Below are positions 42,014 to 52,129 of a stretch of DNA of 64,000 bases, in pieces. The position numbers and the translations under genes were made by a program. This DNA comes from Ignavibacteriales bacterium (GTDB lineage Bacteria; Bacteroidota; Ignavibacteria; UBA10030; UBA6906): contig JBBIRR010000018.1 in assembly GCA_037441705.1 (NCBI GenBank), positions 10,442 to 74,441 of the forward strand, written 5' to 3'. The notes under the pieces were generated by a model, which made no database searches, had not been told where the DNA came from, and saw nothing but the letters and a program-made list of their open reading frames with translations. The stretch's first letter is position 1. Each line of letters opens with the position of its first letter.

Positions 42014-43159
42014 ATGAAACGCATCTTACGCCTCAGCTGTATTCTTCTGCTCTGCAGCTGGAACCTTCGTTCGCAGACAATTCTCGTTGAGGCTTCAAAT
42101 CCGCTCCCTGTCGAAAGAAACAGTGAAACGCTCGTCATTCGCACAGCCGAGCTGGAACAACTCCTCCCGAGCGCCTCGGCGGAGCGTCTTGTGGTGAGAG
42201 ATGCCGCAACGCGAGAAGAACTCCTCTCACAGGTGATGGAGGGTGAGTTTCTCTTTCAATCGCATTTCGGTCCGAACGAGAAGAAAGAGTTCCTCATTGC
42301 TGAAGCGCCCACCAGAACGAACCCTGCATTGCTTGTGGACGGACGGTTTGTACTCCCGCGAGAGGATTATGCGTGGGAAAACGATCGCATCGCGTTCCGC
42401 ATGTACGGCCCTGCTCTCGCGGCGGAGGTCAATAACGGCATTGATGTGTGGACGAAACGAGTCAGATACCTGATTGTCGAGAAATGGTATGCATCGAGTA
42501 GAGAGAGCGGGAAGGATACCTATCACGAAGATCATGGAGAAGGAGCAGACTTCTTTACCGTGGGGCGGACATTAGGCGCCGGAGGTTCCGGAATCTGGTT
42601 CAACGGAAAACTCTACCAGTCGGGTGTGTTCTCATCGCAACGGACAATAGCCAGAGGCCCCGTGCGTGTCGTATTTGAATTGACCTACGATCGCTGGAAT
42701 GTCGAGGGGAAGATGTTCAAGGAAGTGAAACGAATTTCGCTGGACGCGGGGCAGAATGTCAATAAAATTGACGTGACGTTCACAGGCCTTTCGCGTGCCG
42801 ATACACTTACGGTTGCTTGCGGTCTTGCCAGGAGAAAGAACGCACTCTGCGAACGAAACGAGAAAGCGTGCTGGATGAGTTTGTGGGGACAGACAAATGA
42901 AGATCCCGTCAACGGATATCTCGGAACGGGAGTTGTTCTTGGCGCACAGCAGTGTACAGGGTTTGCTGAAGATGCAGGCCAGTACATGATCCTCGGGAAG
43001 GCAATTGCGGGAGAGAAGTTTACTTACTACGCAGGCGCAGGATGGACGCGCAGCGGTGATTTTACTTCAGCGGAGGATTGGAGGGGTTACCTCGATCAGG
43101 TTGCCGCTCGGCTGCAGCACCCCGTGGCCGTGGTTTTGAGAATCAAACAGGACAAATGA
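42014..43159 (+). CDS. DUF4861 family pectin-locus protein
   Basis: 'DYAWENDRIAFRMYGP', 'GIDVWTK', 'YH.DHGEGAD...VG.TLG.G', 'YYAGAGW'. Confidence 0.8.
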   Translation: MKRILRLSCILLLCSWNLRSQTILVEASNPLPVERNSETLVIRTAELEQLLPSASAERLVVRDAATREELLSQVMEGEFLFQSHFGPNEKKEFLIAEAPTRTNPALLVDGRFVLPREDYAWENDRIAFRMYGPALAAEVNNGIDVWTKRVRYLIVEKWYASSRESGKDTYHEDHGEGADFFTVGRTLGAGGSGIWFNGKLYQSGVFSSQRTIARGPVRVVFELTYDRWNVEGKMFKEVKRISLDAGQNVNKIDVTFTGLSRADTLTVACGLARRKNALCERNEKACWMSLWGQTNEDPVNGYLGTGVVLGAQQCTGFAEDAGQYMILGKAIAGEKFTYYAGAGWTRSGDFTSAEDWRGYLDQVAARLQHPVAVVLRIKQDK

Positions 43160-43192
43160 ATTTCGCTTTCTTACTTGAGTAAGGTGAAGAAG

Positions 43193-44026
43193 ATGGAAGT
43201 ACGTTACGCACCCGACGCAAAAGCCATTCGCACAATGACGAACGAGGAGTTACGGAGGCACTTCCTCATTGATACACTGTTTGTCGAAGATGCTGTTCCG
43301 ATGGTCTATTCCGACATTGACCGATCGATAACGGGTTCAGCTGTTCCGGTTCATCAACGGCTGACGCTGGTTGGCAGCAAGAAAGAAATGGCGGCCGAAT
43401 ACTTCCTCGAACGTCGAGAGATAGGCATCATCAACATCGGCGGAGAGGGGACAATCACCGTTGATGGTGTTCCGTTCGAATTGAAGCACAAAGATGGTCT
43501 GTACATCGGGCGCGGAGCTCGAGACGTGGCATTCGCGAGCGCAGCGAGTACGAATCCTGCAAAATTCTACTTTGTCAGCCTTCCCGCGCACGCTGCGTAT
43601 CCCACGACGCACGTGAAGTTCATCGAAGCTGAGCCGGTGCGCCTGGGCAGTGAGCCTGAAGCCAACAAGCGCACGATCTACAAGTACATTCACCCGCGGG
43701 GAGTAAGGAGCTGTCAGCTTGTTATGGGACTAACGGAATTAGACACAGGAAGTGTGTGGAATACGATGCCGGTCCACACTCATCAGCGCCGTTCAGAGAC
43801 CTACATGTATTTCAATCTCAAGCAGGATGCAATTGTTGTCCACCTGATGGGCGAGCCGGGCGAGACGAAACACATCATCGTTCGCAATGGACAGGCGGTT
43901 CTTTCACCAAGTTGGTCCATTCATTCTGGTGCTGCTACTTCGAATTACTCCTTCATCTGGGCAATGGGGGGCGAGAATCAGGATTTCGACGACATGGATT
44001 GGGTCCCGATGAACATGCTGGCCTGA
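43193..44026 (+). CDS. kduI: 5-dehydro-4-deoxy-D-glucuronate isomerase
   Basis: 'FLERREIGIINIGG', 'SCQLVMGLT', 'WNTMP.HTH.RR.E.Y.YF', 'SP.WSIHSG', 'MGGENQ'. Confidence 0.96.
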   Translation: MEVRYAPDAKAIRTMTNEELRRHFLIDTLFVEDAVPMVYSDIDRSITGSAVPVHQRLTLVGSKKEMAAEYFLERREIGIINIGGEGTITVDGVPFELKHKDGLYIGRGARDVAFASAASTNPAKFYFVSLPAHAAYPTTHVKFIEAEPVRLGSEPEANKRTIYKYIHPRGVRSCQLVMGLTELDTGSVWNTMPVHTHQRRSETYMYFNLKQDAIVVHLMGEPGETKHIIVRNGQAVLSPSWSIHSGAATSNYSFIWAMGGENQDFDDMDWVPMNMLA

Positions 44027-44113
44027 CCTTCCGATACACCTCGCTTCCGCATCAGACAGACTTCGCATAATTGTTGCTTGACCCCAGCCGGTGAATTTTT
44101 TTTGGCCGAGGTC

Positions 44114-44166
44114 TTGACAAGTGGCTTTTCATTTATTACATTTAATACCGATAAAGTCATCGGTTA
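44114..44166 (+). promoter_or_regulatory. PUL promoter with downstream inverted repeat (putative operator)
   Basis: TTGACA(44114)-N17-TACATT(44137); ACCGAT-N6-ATCGGT at 44147-44164. Confidence 0.65.
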
Positions 44167-44349
44167 AGTACTTACGGTCGCCCTTGCTGGCTACCAGCAT
44201 CGCCGGGTGGAGTTACCTCTCTAAGACTCTGCGAACACGCTCCTGCCCGTAAAGGTCTTTCACAGTAGAATAGCTCTTCAGGCCCCTCGGCCAAACACGA
44301 AAGTCTCATCGCTCTGAGGGGACCAGCAACTTCCTTTCTTCGGAGAGGC

Positions 44350-47280
44350 ATGATGGTATCTGCACGCAGAACAACATATCAGGTCGCACAAGCAACACAC
44401 TCCCGTGCGCTTGTGTCGAGCGTGATTCTGGCAATCTCCTGCTTCACACTCGCATCCTTCATGCATGCCCAAACAGTCGGGAAGATTTCCGGAGTCGTGA
44501 AGGACACAGAAACCGGTGAGCCGCTCATCGGCTGCAACGTTGTGGTAATGGGGACGACTCTTGGGGCCTCGACGGACACCGAGGGCGCGTACTTCATTCT
44601 CAATATCCCACCGGGCAAATACGAGTTACAGGCTTCGATGGTTGGTTACAATCGGGTTCTGCAGCGTGATGTCATCGTGAATGCCGGGCGAACGACGATT
44701 GTCAACTTCGCGCTGACAGCAACGGCTGTTGCACAGGAAGTGATTGTGGTCGAAGCCATACGTCCCGACGTTGAAAAAGAGAAGACCTCAACGAGCGCCA
44801 TCGTGCGGGCTGAAGAGGTGCAGACCATTGCCGGCATCCGCGACATCGGGGATGTTCTCACGCTGGCGGCAGATGTAACCGACGGACACTTCCGCGGCGG
44901 TCGCATCGGCGAGGAGTACTACACGTTGCAGGGCATGGGTATTGTCAATCCCCTCGACAATTCGAGCGCGTTTCTTCCCATCATGAGTGCGGTCGAGGAA
45001 GTGGAAGTGATCACGAGCGGTTTCGGTGCGCAGTACGGGAACGCGCAATCGGGCGTTGTGAATATTTCGATGAAGGAAGGCAAGCGCGACCGATGGCAAT
45101 CGCGCATTGAAACGAGGATGCGCGCGCCACGCTTCAAGCACTTCGGGCCGAGCGTGTACGACCCTTCCGCCAACCCCTATCTTGCCATGCTGCTGAACGC
45201 GGGCATCTGGCTGCGCGGCGACCCGAATGCTGAGAACCCTCAGCCGTATTACGGTTCCATGGGTTCAGGACTTGTCAATCGCTATGCGCGAGATACGCTG
45301 GTGCAGCTTGCGGTTGCGCGTGCATTGTATATGCAGTCGCGTCGTGACATTAACCGTTCCTACGGCAATGATGTTGACTTCTCGGTAGAAGCCTCTGCCG
45401 GGGGGCCGATAGAAGAAGATGTGAGAATGTTCCTCGCTCTCCGGTCAAGCACGGAGTGGCCCGCCTTTCCCACTGTCCGCCCGGACCTCGAGCGGCAGCT
45501 CTTAGGAAATGTGGTGTTCGATCTCAGCGGCACTGCGTCGCTGCGGCTAAGCGGGGGATTCACGCAAGAAGACAACAATGCGTTCCCCGGAACGAACAGC
45601 GTGTCGGGATTTCAGCGGTGGCTGTGGGATAGAGTGACGGGCATCCGCTATCAGAAGCGCACGAACACCCAGGTCGGGGCACGGCTGACGCACACACTCA
45701 GTCCCAGCACGTTCTATGAGATAAAGCTGAACGTGCTACTGACGCGCAATCGTATCGGTTCCACGCCCGTGCCGAGCGGCATTCCCGATTCCGTCGCGTA
45801 CGGCGGAGATATTGCGTGGAGTTTCATTCTTCCGGTGACCAACAATAACTCGCCCGATGGGCTAAACTATCAAATAGGATATGATGAGTTCCGCGACGAG
45901 AAGACGCGCACCTTCACCATTGATGCTGCTCTCACCAGCCAGGTGACCAAGGCCCATCTGATCAACGCCGGCGTCCAATTCAATTTCTACTCTATTGATG
46001 TATCCAACATCTTGCAGCTCCGCAGTAATGATTTCATCGAACGCTACAAGGCTCGTCCTTTTGAAGCGGCGGTCTATGTTCAGGACAAGATGGAGTTCGA
46101 AGGACTGATTGCCAACGCAGGTGTGCGCCTCGATCTGTGGAGTTCGGGACGAGATTATTTCACAAACCACTTCACGCCGTTCCTTACGCCTGATACGCTT
46201 GGCATCTTCCATCCCGAGAATGCTCCCCAGGCGAAAGCTCCGGTTATTGGGCGATTGCAGCCGCGCGTAGGGGTGTCGTTCCCGGTCTCGCTGAACACCG
46301 TGTTCCATCTGAACTACGGTGCCTTCATGCAGCGGCCGCCGTTTCAATACGTCGTATCCACGCGCGTTGCGCAGGGAACGAACCGCCCGGTTGTTATCGG
46401 CAACTCGCGCGTCGAACCCGAGGTGACCAATAGCTACGATATCGGCGTCACCCAGGGCCTGGGTGAGGGATTCACGCTGGACGTCAGCGGGTATTACAAA
46501 GACGTGAAAAACCTGATCGAGCAGGCGAACTTCGTTGATCAGCGAACAGGCCAACAGGTCAGCTCGTACTTCAACCGGGACTACGCCGACATACGCGGCT
46601 TCCGCGTTGCACTCTCGAAGCGGCGCGGTAAGCTCACCGGCTCCATCAATTATCAGTTTGGCGTTGCCACGGGGAAAAGCGCAAACGTCACCAGCGCAAC
46701 GCCGCTGTTTACGCAGGATACTGCGGGAGCGGTGATGACGGATCTCTCGAACGTACCGATTCGTGACATTACGCTCGACTTCGATCGGACGCATAACATC
46801 ATCGTCAATGCGGGCTATACCACAGACCCGGAGTGGGGACCCACCATCTTCGGCAACAGCGTGTTTGGCGACATAACGCTCTCGGTTCATTCCTTCTTCC
46901 GCAGCGGCCGGCCGTACACATCACCATCCAACGTCAAACTCATCAATGCAAAGCGGACGCCGTGGGAATACAACACCAACGTTCGGCTCACGAAACGGGT
47001 CCGCAACTTCTTCGGCGCGACGATGGTGTTGTACATGGAGGTATTCAACCTCTTCGAGAACAGGATCCTGAATTACGACTATCTGTTCGCCCGACCGACG
47101 GCGACAAACCCGAATCTGCCGCTGCAGTACTATGAGGCGTATCCCATTGACGATCCGAACAACGGCGTGCGCTACTGGTATAACAAAGGCACGCAGGGGC
47201 CGTTCGCCATCGATCAGTCGTTCCTCATTTACGACAATCAGCCGAGGTCGTTCACGGTCGGTCTTACGCTGGAGTTTTGA
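44350..47280 (+). CDS. TonB-dependent receptor (non-SusC type)
   Basis: CarboxypepD N-domain, plug 'HFRGGR..E', 'TSGFGAQYGNAQSGVVNI', barrel ending in F; no SusC signatures seen. Confidence 0.92.
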   Translation: MMVSARRTTYQVAQATHSRALVSSVILAISCFTLASFMHAQTVGKISGVVKDTETGEPLIGCNVVVMGTTLGASTDTEGAYFILNIPPGKYELQASMVGYNRVLQRDVIVNAGRTTIVNFALTATAVAQEVIVVEAIRPDVEKEKTSTSAIVRAEEVQTIAGIRDIGDVLTLAADVTDGHFRGGRIGEEYYTLQGMGIVNPLDNSSAFLPIMSAVEEVEVITSGFGAQYGNAQSGVVNISMKEGKRDRWQSRIETRMRAPRFKHFGPSVYDPSANPYLAMLLNAGIWLRGDPNAENPQPYYGSMGSGLVNRYARDTLVQLAVARALYMQSRRDINRSYGNDVDFSVEASAGGPIEEDVRMFLALRSSTEWPAFPTVRPDLERQLLGNVVFDLSGTASLRLSGGFTQEDNNAFPGTNSVSGFQRWLWDRVTGIRYQKRTNTQVGARLTHTLSPSTFYEIKLNVLLTRNRIGSTPVPSGIPDSVAYGGDIAWSFILPVTNNNSPDGLNYQIGYDEFRDEKTRTFTIDAALTSQVTKAHLINAGVQFNFYSIDVSNILQLRSNDFIERYKARPFEAAVYVQDKMEFEGLIANAGVRLDLWSSGRDYFTNHFTPFLTPDTLGIFHPENAPQAKAPVIGRLQPRVGVSFPVSLNTVFHLNYGAFMQRPPFQYVVSTRVAQGTNRPVVIGNSRVEPEVTNSYDIGVTQGLGEGFTLDVSGYYKDVKNLIEQANFVDQRTGQQVSSYFNRDYADIRGFRVALSKRRGKLTGSINYQFGVATGKSANVTSATPLFTQDTAGAVMTDLSNVPIRDITLDFDRTHNIIVNAGYTTDPEWGPTIFGNSVFGDITLSVHSFFRSGRPYTSPSNVKLINAKRTPWEYNTNVRLTKRVRNFFGATMVLYMEVFNLFENRILNYDYLFARPTATNPNLPLQYYEAYPIDDPNNGVRYWYNKGTQGPFAIDQSFLIYDNQPRSFTVGLTLEF

Positions 47281-47300
47281 CTCAACGACGAGAGACACAC

Positions 47301-49535
47301 ATGAAACGCGCTGGCCTTTTTTTTCTCCTTTGCATGCTGCCGCTTCTTGCAACCTATGCGCAGCGGGATTGGCGTGTCCACTCCCGCGGCCTGCTGCATC
47401 AGACGGTGTACAATACAGGAGAGATTGGACGGACCTACAACCCCGGCGGAACGGTTGACGAGGGCACGCCATCCATGGAATGGCCGCCGCGCTCGCGCAT
47501 GATTATTGATCGCACCGTCTATCCGGGGCAGCATAACTCCTTCGGCAGCGGGATCTGGATTGCCGGCACCAGGCAGCAGCTCAACGGCACGCGGCAGTAC
47601 ATGTTCTGCGGCGCGGTTTCGGACGCGAGCGGCAATCCTGTCACCGTTACGGGCCTGTACAGCAATCCGATCTCGATCGAGCGTGTCGAGAATTTCCCGG
47701 TGCTTGCCAACGGCAATCTCAATCCCGCATACAATCCGGATGAAGCAGAGGAGATCATCACGGCGCGCTGGCGGACTCCGCTGGGCATTACCGTCACGCG
47801 CACGAGTCGCGCGTGGAGTTTTCCGGGGTACGACAGCTTTATCATCTATGAGTATGAATTGCTGAACACGACGCCCGATACGCTCTTCGACGTTCACGTC
47901 GCGTTTGCCAATTCCTTTGCGCCTTCGATGTTCGGCTATCAGCGCAATCACGGAAACTGGACGGAAGCGCAGTTTCGCGGCCAGCCGCCGAATGGATTGG
48001 GTGATCACTTCGCCCGGTTCGATCTGCGGCGCTACTTGACGTACAATCATGATCGCGAGGGCGCGCCTGATACGGTGTACTTCGATCTGTGGTCGCAGCC
48101 GGGAGACCGGGGCGGCCTGAACTCTCCGCAGGCGGCGGGCATGATGGTGCTGCATTACGATTACAATCATCTGAGTCCCAGAAACAGAACCCGCCAGGTC
48201 TGGATTGCCCCATCGGACAGCGCGGGCATGTGGGATGAGAACGGAAAAGCCAAGCAGCCCTTCTTGCTGCGCTACGAGAACGGCAACCTTCCGCCGGAAG
48301 CAAAAACGATCTCGTGGCTCGATCCCGCGTTGCAGCGCAAGACGGGAATCTTTCAGGGCACGCAGGACTCGCTTCGCATCATCCAGCAGTTCTCCAGCGA
48401 TGTTCGCGATTGGTATTATTGGAAAGGACGAACGAAGGGCTCCGTCAATCTCTCGTGGTGGCAGCCCGTGAACCGTGCGTTAGGGTTCTATCCCTACATC
48501 CTGCCGCCCAATGAAGCTCTGCGCTTCTCTGTTGCCGAAGTGGTCGGCTATGGGCCCGGCGTGTTGAGCGACCGCGTGTACAGAGATCTTGGGGGAACGG
48601 TCCGCACGGCGGTGGATCAGGGTCTCTACTTCTCTCCGATTCCGAGTTGGTACGATACGCTGCAGTATCCCGGTGTCGGTACTGCATCCACCAAGCAGTA
48701 CATCGGCAGCCGGTACCTGCAGACGCATCCTCTGCCGTGGTACGTCACGCCGGGCGTCGTCTCGATTCGTGACGTCGCCGATCGGGCAATTCAGACGTAC
48801 ACGGGGCGTCCGTTGGTGAAGTACGATTCCGTTCAATACGAACCGAAGGACGCGCCGCCGACCGGCAGATACAACACGATTCCGATCCCGTATCCCGCGC
48901 CTGTCATTACGGTGGAAAACACGCGTGCCGCCGTCAACAAAATCACGTGGGGTCCACAGGTCGAAGCGTTCTCATCGCCGCGTTTGCAGGCGCCCTTCAA
49001 GCACTATGAAGTGCTGCGTGCGCCACACCCGCTCGGCCCGTGGTCGCTTATCGACAGCGTCAGCGTGCGCGATCCGCGCTATTTCCAGGATTCGGTGTAT
49101 GTCGTGTACGATCGGGAAAGCAACATCGGCGAGTTTGCGTACTACGCAGTGCGCTCGGTGGACTCGCTCGGCGGCAAGAGCGGCTGGACGAACGTGACGC
49201 GGCATGAAACGCAAGCGCCCGCTTCGGAAACACTCGGCAAGGTGTACGTCATTCCCAATCCGCTGGTGGTCACCAACGGCCTGCGCGGCTCCGATCCGGG
49301 CGGCGAAGTAACAGACCGCCTGCAGTTTGTGGGACTCACGAAGCGATGTACGATCAGAATCTTTTCCTACAGCGGTCAGCTGATCAACACCATCGAACAT
49401 CATCGCGACACCTACGGTCATCCGTGGTATCAGATTTCACGAAACAACCAGTTGCTTGCCTCCGGCGTGTATTATTTTGTGGTGGAAGATGAAAGCGGAG
49501 CGCGGGCAACCGGCAAGTTCGTCATCATTCATTGA
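47301..49535 (+). CDS. Secreted TBDR-partner protein with Fn3-like region and a variant T9SS-like CTD
   Basis: Signal peptide; C-terminus 'KVYVIPNP...LQFVGL...CTIRIFSYSGQLI..I.H...W...NNQLLASGVY.FVVE......GKFVIIH'. Confidence 0.75.
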   Translation: MKRAGLFFLLCMLPLLATYAQRDWRVHSRGLLHQTVYNTGEIGRTYNPGGTVDEGTPSMEWPPRSRMIIDRTVYPGQHNSFGSGIWIAGTRQQLNGTRQYMFCGAVSDASGNPVTVTGLYSNPISIERVENFPVLANGNLNPAYNPDEAEEIITARWRTPLGITVTRTSRAWSFPGYDSFIIYEYELLNTTPDTLFDVHVAFANSFAPSMFGYQRNHGNWTEAQFRGQPPNGLGDHFARFDLRRYLTYNHDREGAPDTVYFDLWSQPGDRGGLNSPQAAGMMVLHYDYNHLSPRNRTRQVWIAPSDSAGMWDENGKAKQPFLLRYENGNLPPEAKTISWLDPALQRKTGIFQGTQDSLRIIQQFSSDVRDWYYWKGRTKGSVNLSWWQPVNRALGFYPYILPPNEALRFSVAEVVGYGPGVLSDRVYRDLGGTVRTAVDQGLYFSPIPSWYDTLQYPGVGTASTKQYIGSRYLQTHPLPWYVTPGVVSIRDVADRAIQTYTGRPLVKYDSVQYEPKDAPPTGRYNTIPIPYPAPVITVENTRAAVNKITWGPQVEAFSSPRLQAPFKHYEVLRAPHPLGPWSLIDSVSVRDPRYFQDSVYVVYDRESNIGEFAYYAVRSVDSLGGKSGWTNVTRHETQAPASETLGKVYVIPNPLVVTNGLRGSDPGGEVTDRLQFVGLTKRCTIRIFSYSGQLINTIEHHRDTYGHPWYQISRNNQLLASGVYYFVVEDESGARATGKFVIIH

Positions 49536-49548
49536 ATCGGGAGAGTGT

Positions 49549-50580
49549 ATGATGAAGACGTTGTGCAGAGTTTGGGGAGTGCTGGTGCTGCTGGCATTGC
49601 TGCCGCTCTCGCTTTCTGTTGCACAAAAGGTCGGAAGCACCTCGATGCAATTTCTGCACGTGATGCCGGGCGCGCGAGCTACGGCGATGGGTGATGCCTA
49701 CAGCGTGCTTGCCTCGGGGGCCGATGCCGTGTTCTGGAATCCGAGCGGCGTCGCGCTGGTCACCGGCCATCAATTTTCTTCTACCTACATCAATTGGATT
49801 TTCGATGCACAGCAGGGCGCGCTCTCGTATGCCACATCCTTGGACGGCTTCGGCGCGATAGGAGTACAAATCCAGTATGTGGACTTTGGCGTGTTCGAGG
49901 AAACGACGAACAGCACGCCGTACATCAAAGACCCCAATGCCCCCGGCATTACGGGCAGAACGTTCCGTCCGTTCAGCTACCTCGTCGGTCTTACGTACGC
50001 AAGAAGTCTGACGGAACGTTTCTCAACCGGCATCAGCATCAAGTACGCGCGCGAGTCGCTCTTCAACGGAGAGATCGTCCGGGCGCAGGTCAGTCAAGGA
50101 GTGTTTGAGGATGTCAGGACCTGGGGGGAAGGCGTGTTGTTCGATTTCGGGATTCGCTACAACACCGGCTTTCGTTCGGTGGAGATCGCTGCCTCGGTGC
50201 AGAACTTCGGCGCCGATATCAAGTATGCAAAAGAAGCCAGTGCCGCGCCGCTGTTGTTCCGGTTCGGTATCGCGGGGAACCTCGTAGGCCCGCAGGCTCT
50301 GCTGTTCGAGCAGGACGACAACCGTGTCACGGTCGCTTTCGATCTCTTCCAACCGAATGATTACACACAGCAAGCACACGCAGGCATCGAATATGAGTTC
50401 GCGAACACCTTCGCGCTGCGCGGCGGATACAAGTTCAATTACGATTCGGAAGGGCTCACGCTCGGTGTCGGCTTCAAACACACGATCGGGCCGGTGGCGC
50501 TCTCGCTCGATTACAGTTACGGTTCCATCGGAACCTACCTTGGGAATGCGCAACGGATAAGTTTGGGAGCCGAGCTATGA
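49549..50580 (+). CDS. PorV/PorQ-family outer-membrane beta-barrel
   Basis: 'QFL....GARA.AMGDA.......DA.FWNPSG', 'G.EY......ALRGGY', 'DYSY...G.LG...RISL'. Confidence 0.85.
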   Translation: MMKTLCRVWGVLVLLALLPLSLSVAQKVGSTSMQFLHVMPGARATAMGDAYSVLASGADAVFWNPSGVALVTGHQFSSTYINWIFDAQQGALSYATSLDGFGAIGVQIQYVDFGVFEETTNSTPYIKDPNAPGITGRTFRPFSYLVGLTYARSLTERFSTGISIKYARESLFNGEIVRAQVSQGVFEDVRTWGEGVLFDFGIRYNTGFRSVEIAASVQNFGADIKYAKEASAAPLLFRFGIAGNLVGPQALLFEQDDNRVTVAFDLFQPNDYTQQAHAGIEYEFANTFALRGGYKFNYDSEGLTLGVGFKHTIGPVALSLDYSYGSIGTYLGNAQRISLGAEL

Positions 50581-52094
50581 AGATTCTCTTTTCCCGGCCT
50601 CAATCGTGGGGCGACGCCCCGCTCCGAAATCTCGCCGGTGTGCTTGTGGTTCTTCTCGCAATCAGTGTGCAGGTGCAGCACGCGTTGGCGCAGGGCTACG
50701 GCGCACCACTGACGGTTCAGGGGCTGGACAAGACGGTTACGCACTCCGCAGCGTCGAGGGCGTTGGGGGGCACAATTTTCGGTGTGTCGGCGGATGCAGG
50801 AATGATGTTCACGAACCCGGCATCGCTACACAGGCTGCGGGCGATTCAGATTTCTCTTGGTGGCGCGATGTACTCCTCGCGCGCCGAGCAGACGCAGCAT
50901 TATGCACCGTTGAAATACTACTCCAATTTCAGTCTGCTCATGGAAGGATTGACGGCGTACATCCCCGATCCCGATACGTCGCTGCCGGGAGTGAATGCCG
51001 GCGACACGGTTCAGCGGCCGTACGATACGATCGGGCCGAACTGGTCACGTTCGAAGAACCGTACGTTGCCTGTCCATGCTCTGCTTGCCGTTCCGTTCAC
51101 GGCGGGCGAGACAGAATTTGCCGCGGGTCTGGGAGTCGTCGAGTACGCCGATCTCAACTATTACTATCAGAACAACAACGTGCTCGATCCTTCGATCCTT
51201 TCGAACCGCCCCCTGCCGACGCCGCGACCGCCCAACGATTCCATCCCCACTCTCGTACGCTGGTGGCAGAACATGCACACGCGCGAAGGCTCGCTGCGCG
51301 GGTATGGTGCTGCGTTCTCCGTTTCCCTCTTCGATCGTCTCTCACTCGGTTTCAGCGGCATGATCATCAAGGGGCAAACGGATGACTTCGAACAGCAGGT
51401 CTCCCGGGGAAGGATGACATTCTACACGAATTTCTTCCGTCTTGATTCGCTGTACGGGCGTATGACACGCACAGGCACGTCGGAGTTCAGCGGGACGGAG
51501 TTCACCATCAGCGGCATGTACCGGACACCGAATGTCACGTTCGGTTTCAGCGTCAGGCCGCCGACGACCATCAGCCGCGAATACACGACGCGCCGGCTGG
51601 TTGATACCACAGGGACGACGCTCGGGCAGACGATTTCGGGCGAAGATAAGATGCGCTTACCGTGGCGCGGAACGCTCGGGATCGCCATCATGCCGAGCAC
51701 GAGTCTGCTGCTGGGACTTGAATACGAGTTCCGCTCCTTCGCCTCGGCGGTGTACACGCAGGGGAATTTCGAATCGCATCCCTGGCGTTCGGCATCGGTG
51801 TTTCACGTCGGTGTGCAGTACACATTGGCAGAGTGGTTGATGCTGCGCGCCGGCTTGCGTGAACAGGCAGAAGTTTTTGAATCGGAAGGCAATCCGCTCG
51901 TGGGCGAGCCGGTGCGTTCCTCCGTGTACACGGGTGGCCTTGGCGTGAACATCGGCGGAGTTCGTTTGAACGTCACGTATGAGTATCACCAGCTGAAGTA
52001 CCAAGATGTGTGGGGCAGCGCCGTCAGCTTCAACAGCGACGCGCGCCACTTGCTGAGCGCGGATATTTCGTACGAGATTCCGTCGCTATGGTAG
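50577..52094 (+). CDS. Second PorV/FadL-like outer-membrane beta-barrel
   Basis: 'SRALGG......DA..MF.NPA.L', amphipathic strands, 'LMLRAG'. Confidence 0.7.
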   Translation: MKILFSRPQSWGDAPLRNLAGVLVVLLAISVQVQHALAQGYGAPLTVQGLDKTVTHSAASRALGGTIFGVSADAGMMFTNPASLHRLRAIQISLGGAMYSSRAEQTQHYAPLKYYSNFSLLMEGLTAYIPDPDTSLPGVNAGDTVQRPYDTIGPNWSRSKNRTLPVHALLAVPFTAGETEFAAGLGVVEYADLNYYYQNNNVLDPSILSNRPLPTPRPPNDSIPTLVRWWQNMHTREGSLRGYGAAFSVSLFDRLSLGFSGMIIKGQTDDFEQQVSRGRMTFYTNFFRLDSLYGRMTRTGTSEFSGTEFTISGMYRTPNVTFGFSVRPPTTISREYTTRRLVDTTGTTLGQTISGEDKMRLPWRGTLGIAIMPSTSLLLGLEYEFRSFASAVYTQGNFESHPWRSASVFHVGVQYTLAEWLMLRAGLREQAEVFESEGNPLVGEPVRSSVYTGGLGVNIGGVRLNVTYEYHQLKYQDVWGSAVSFNSDARHLLSADISYEIPSLW

Positions 52095-52129
52095 TGCATC
52101 AATCGTACCATCAATAAGGGAGGTAGATC

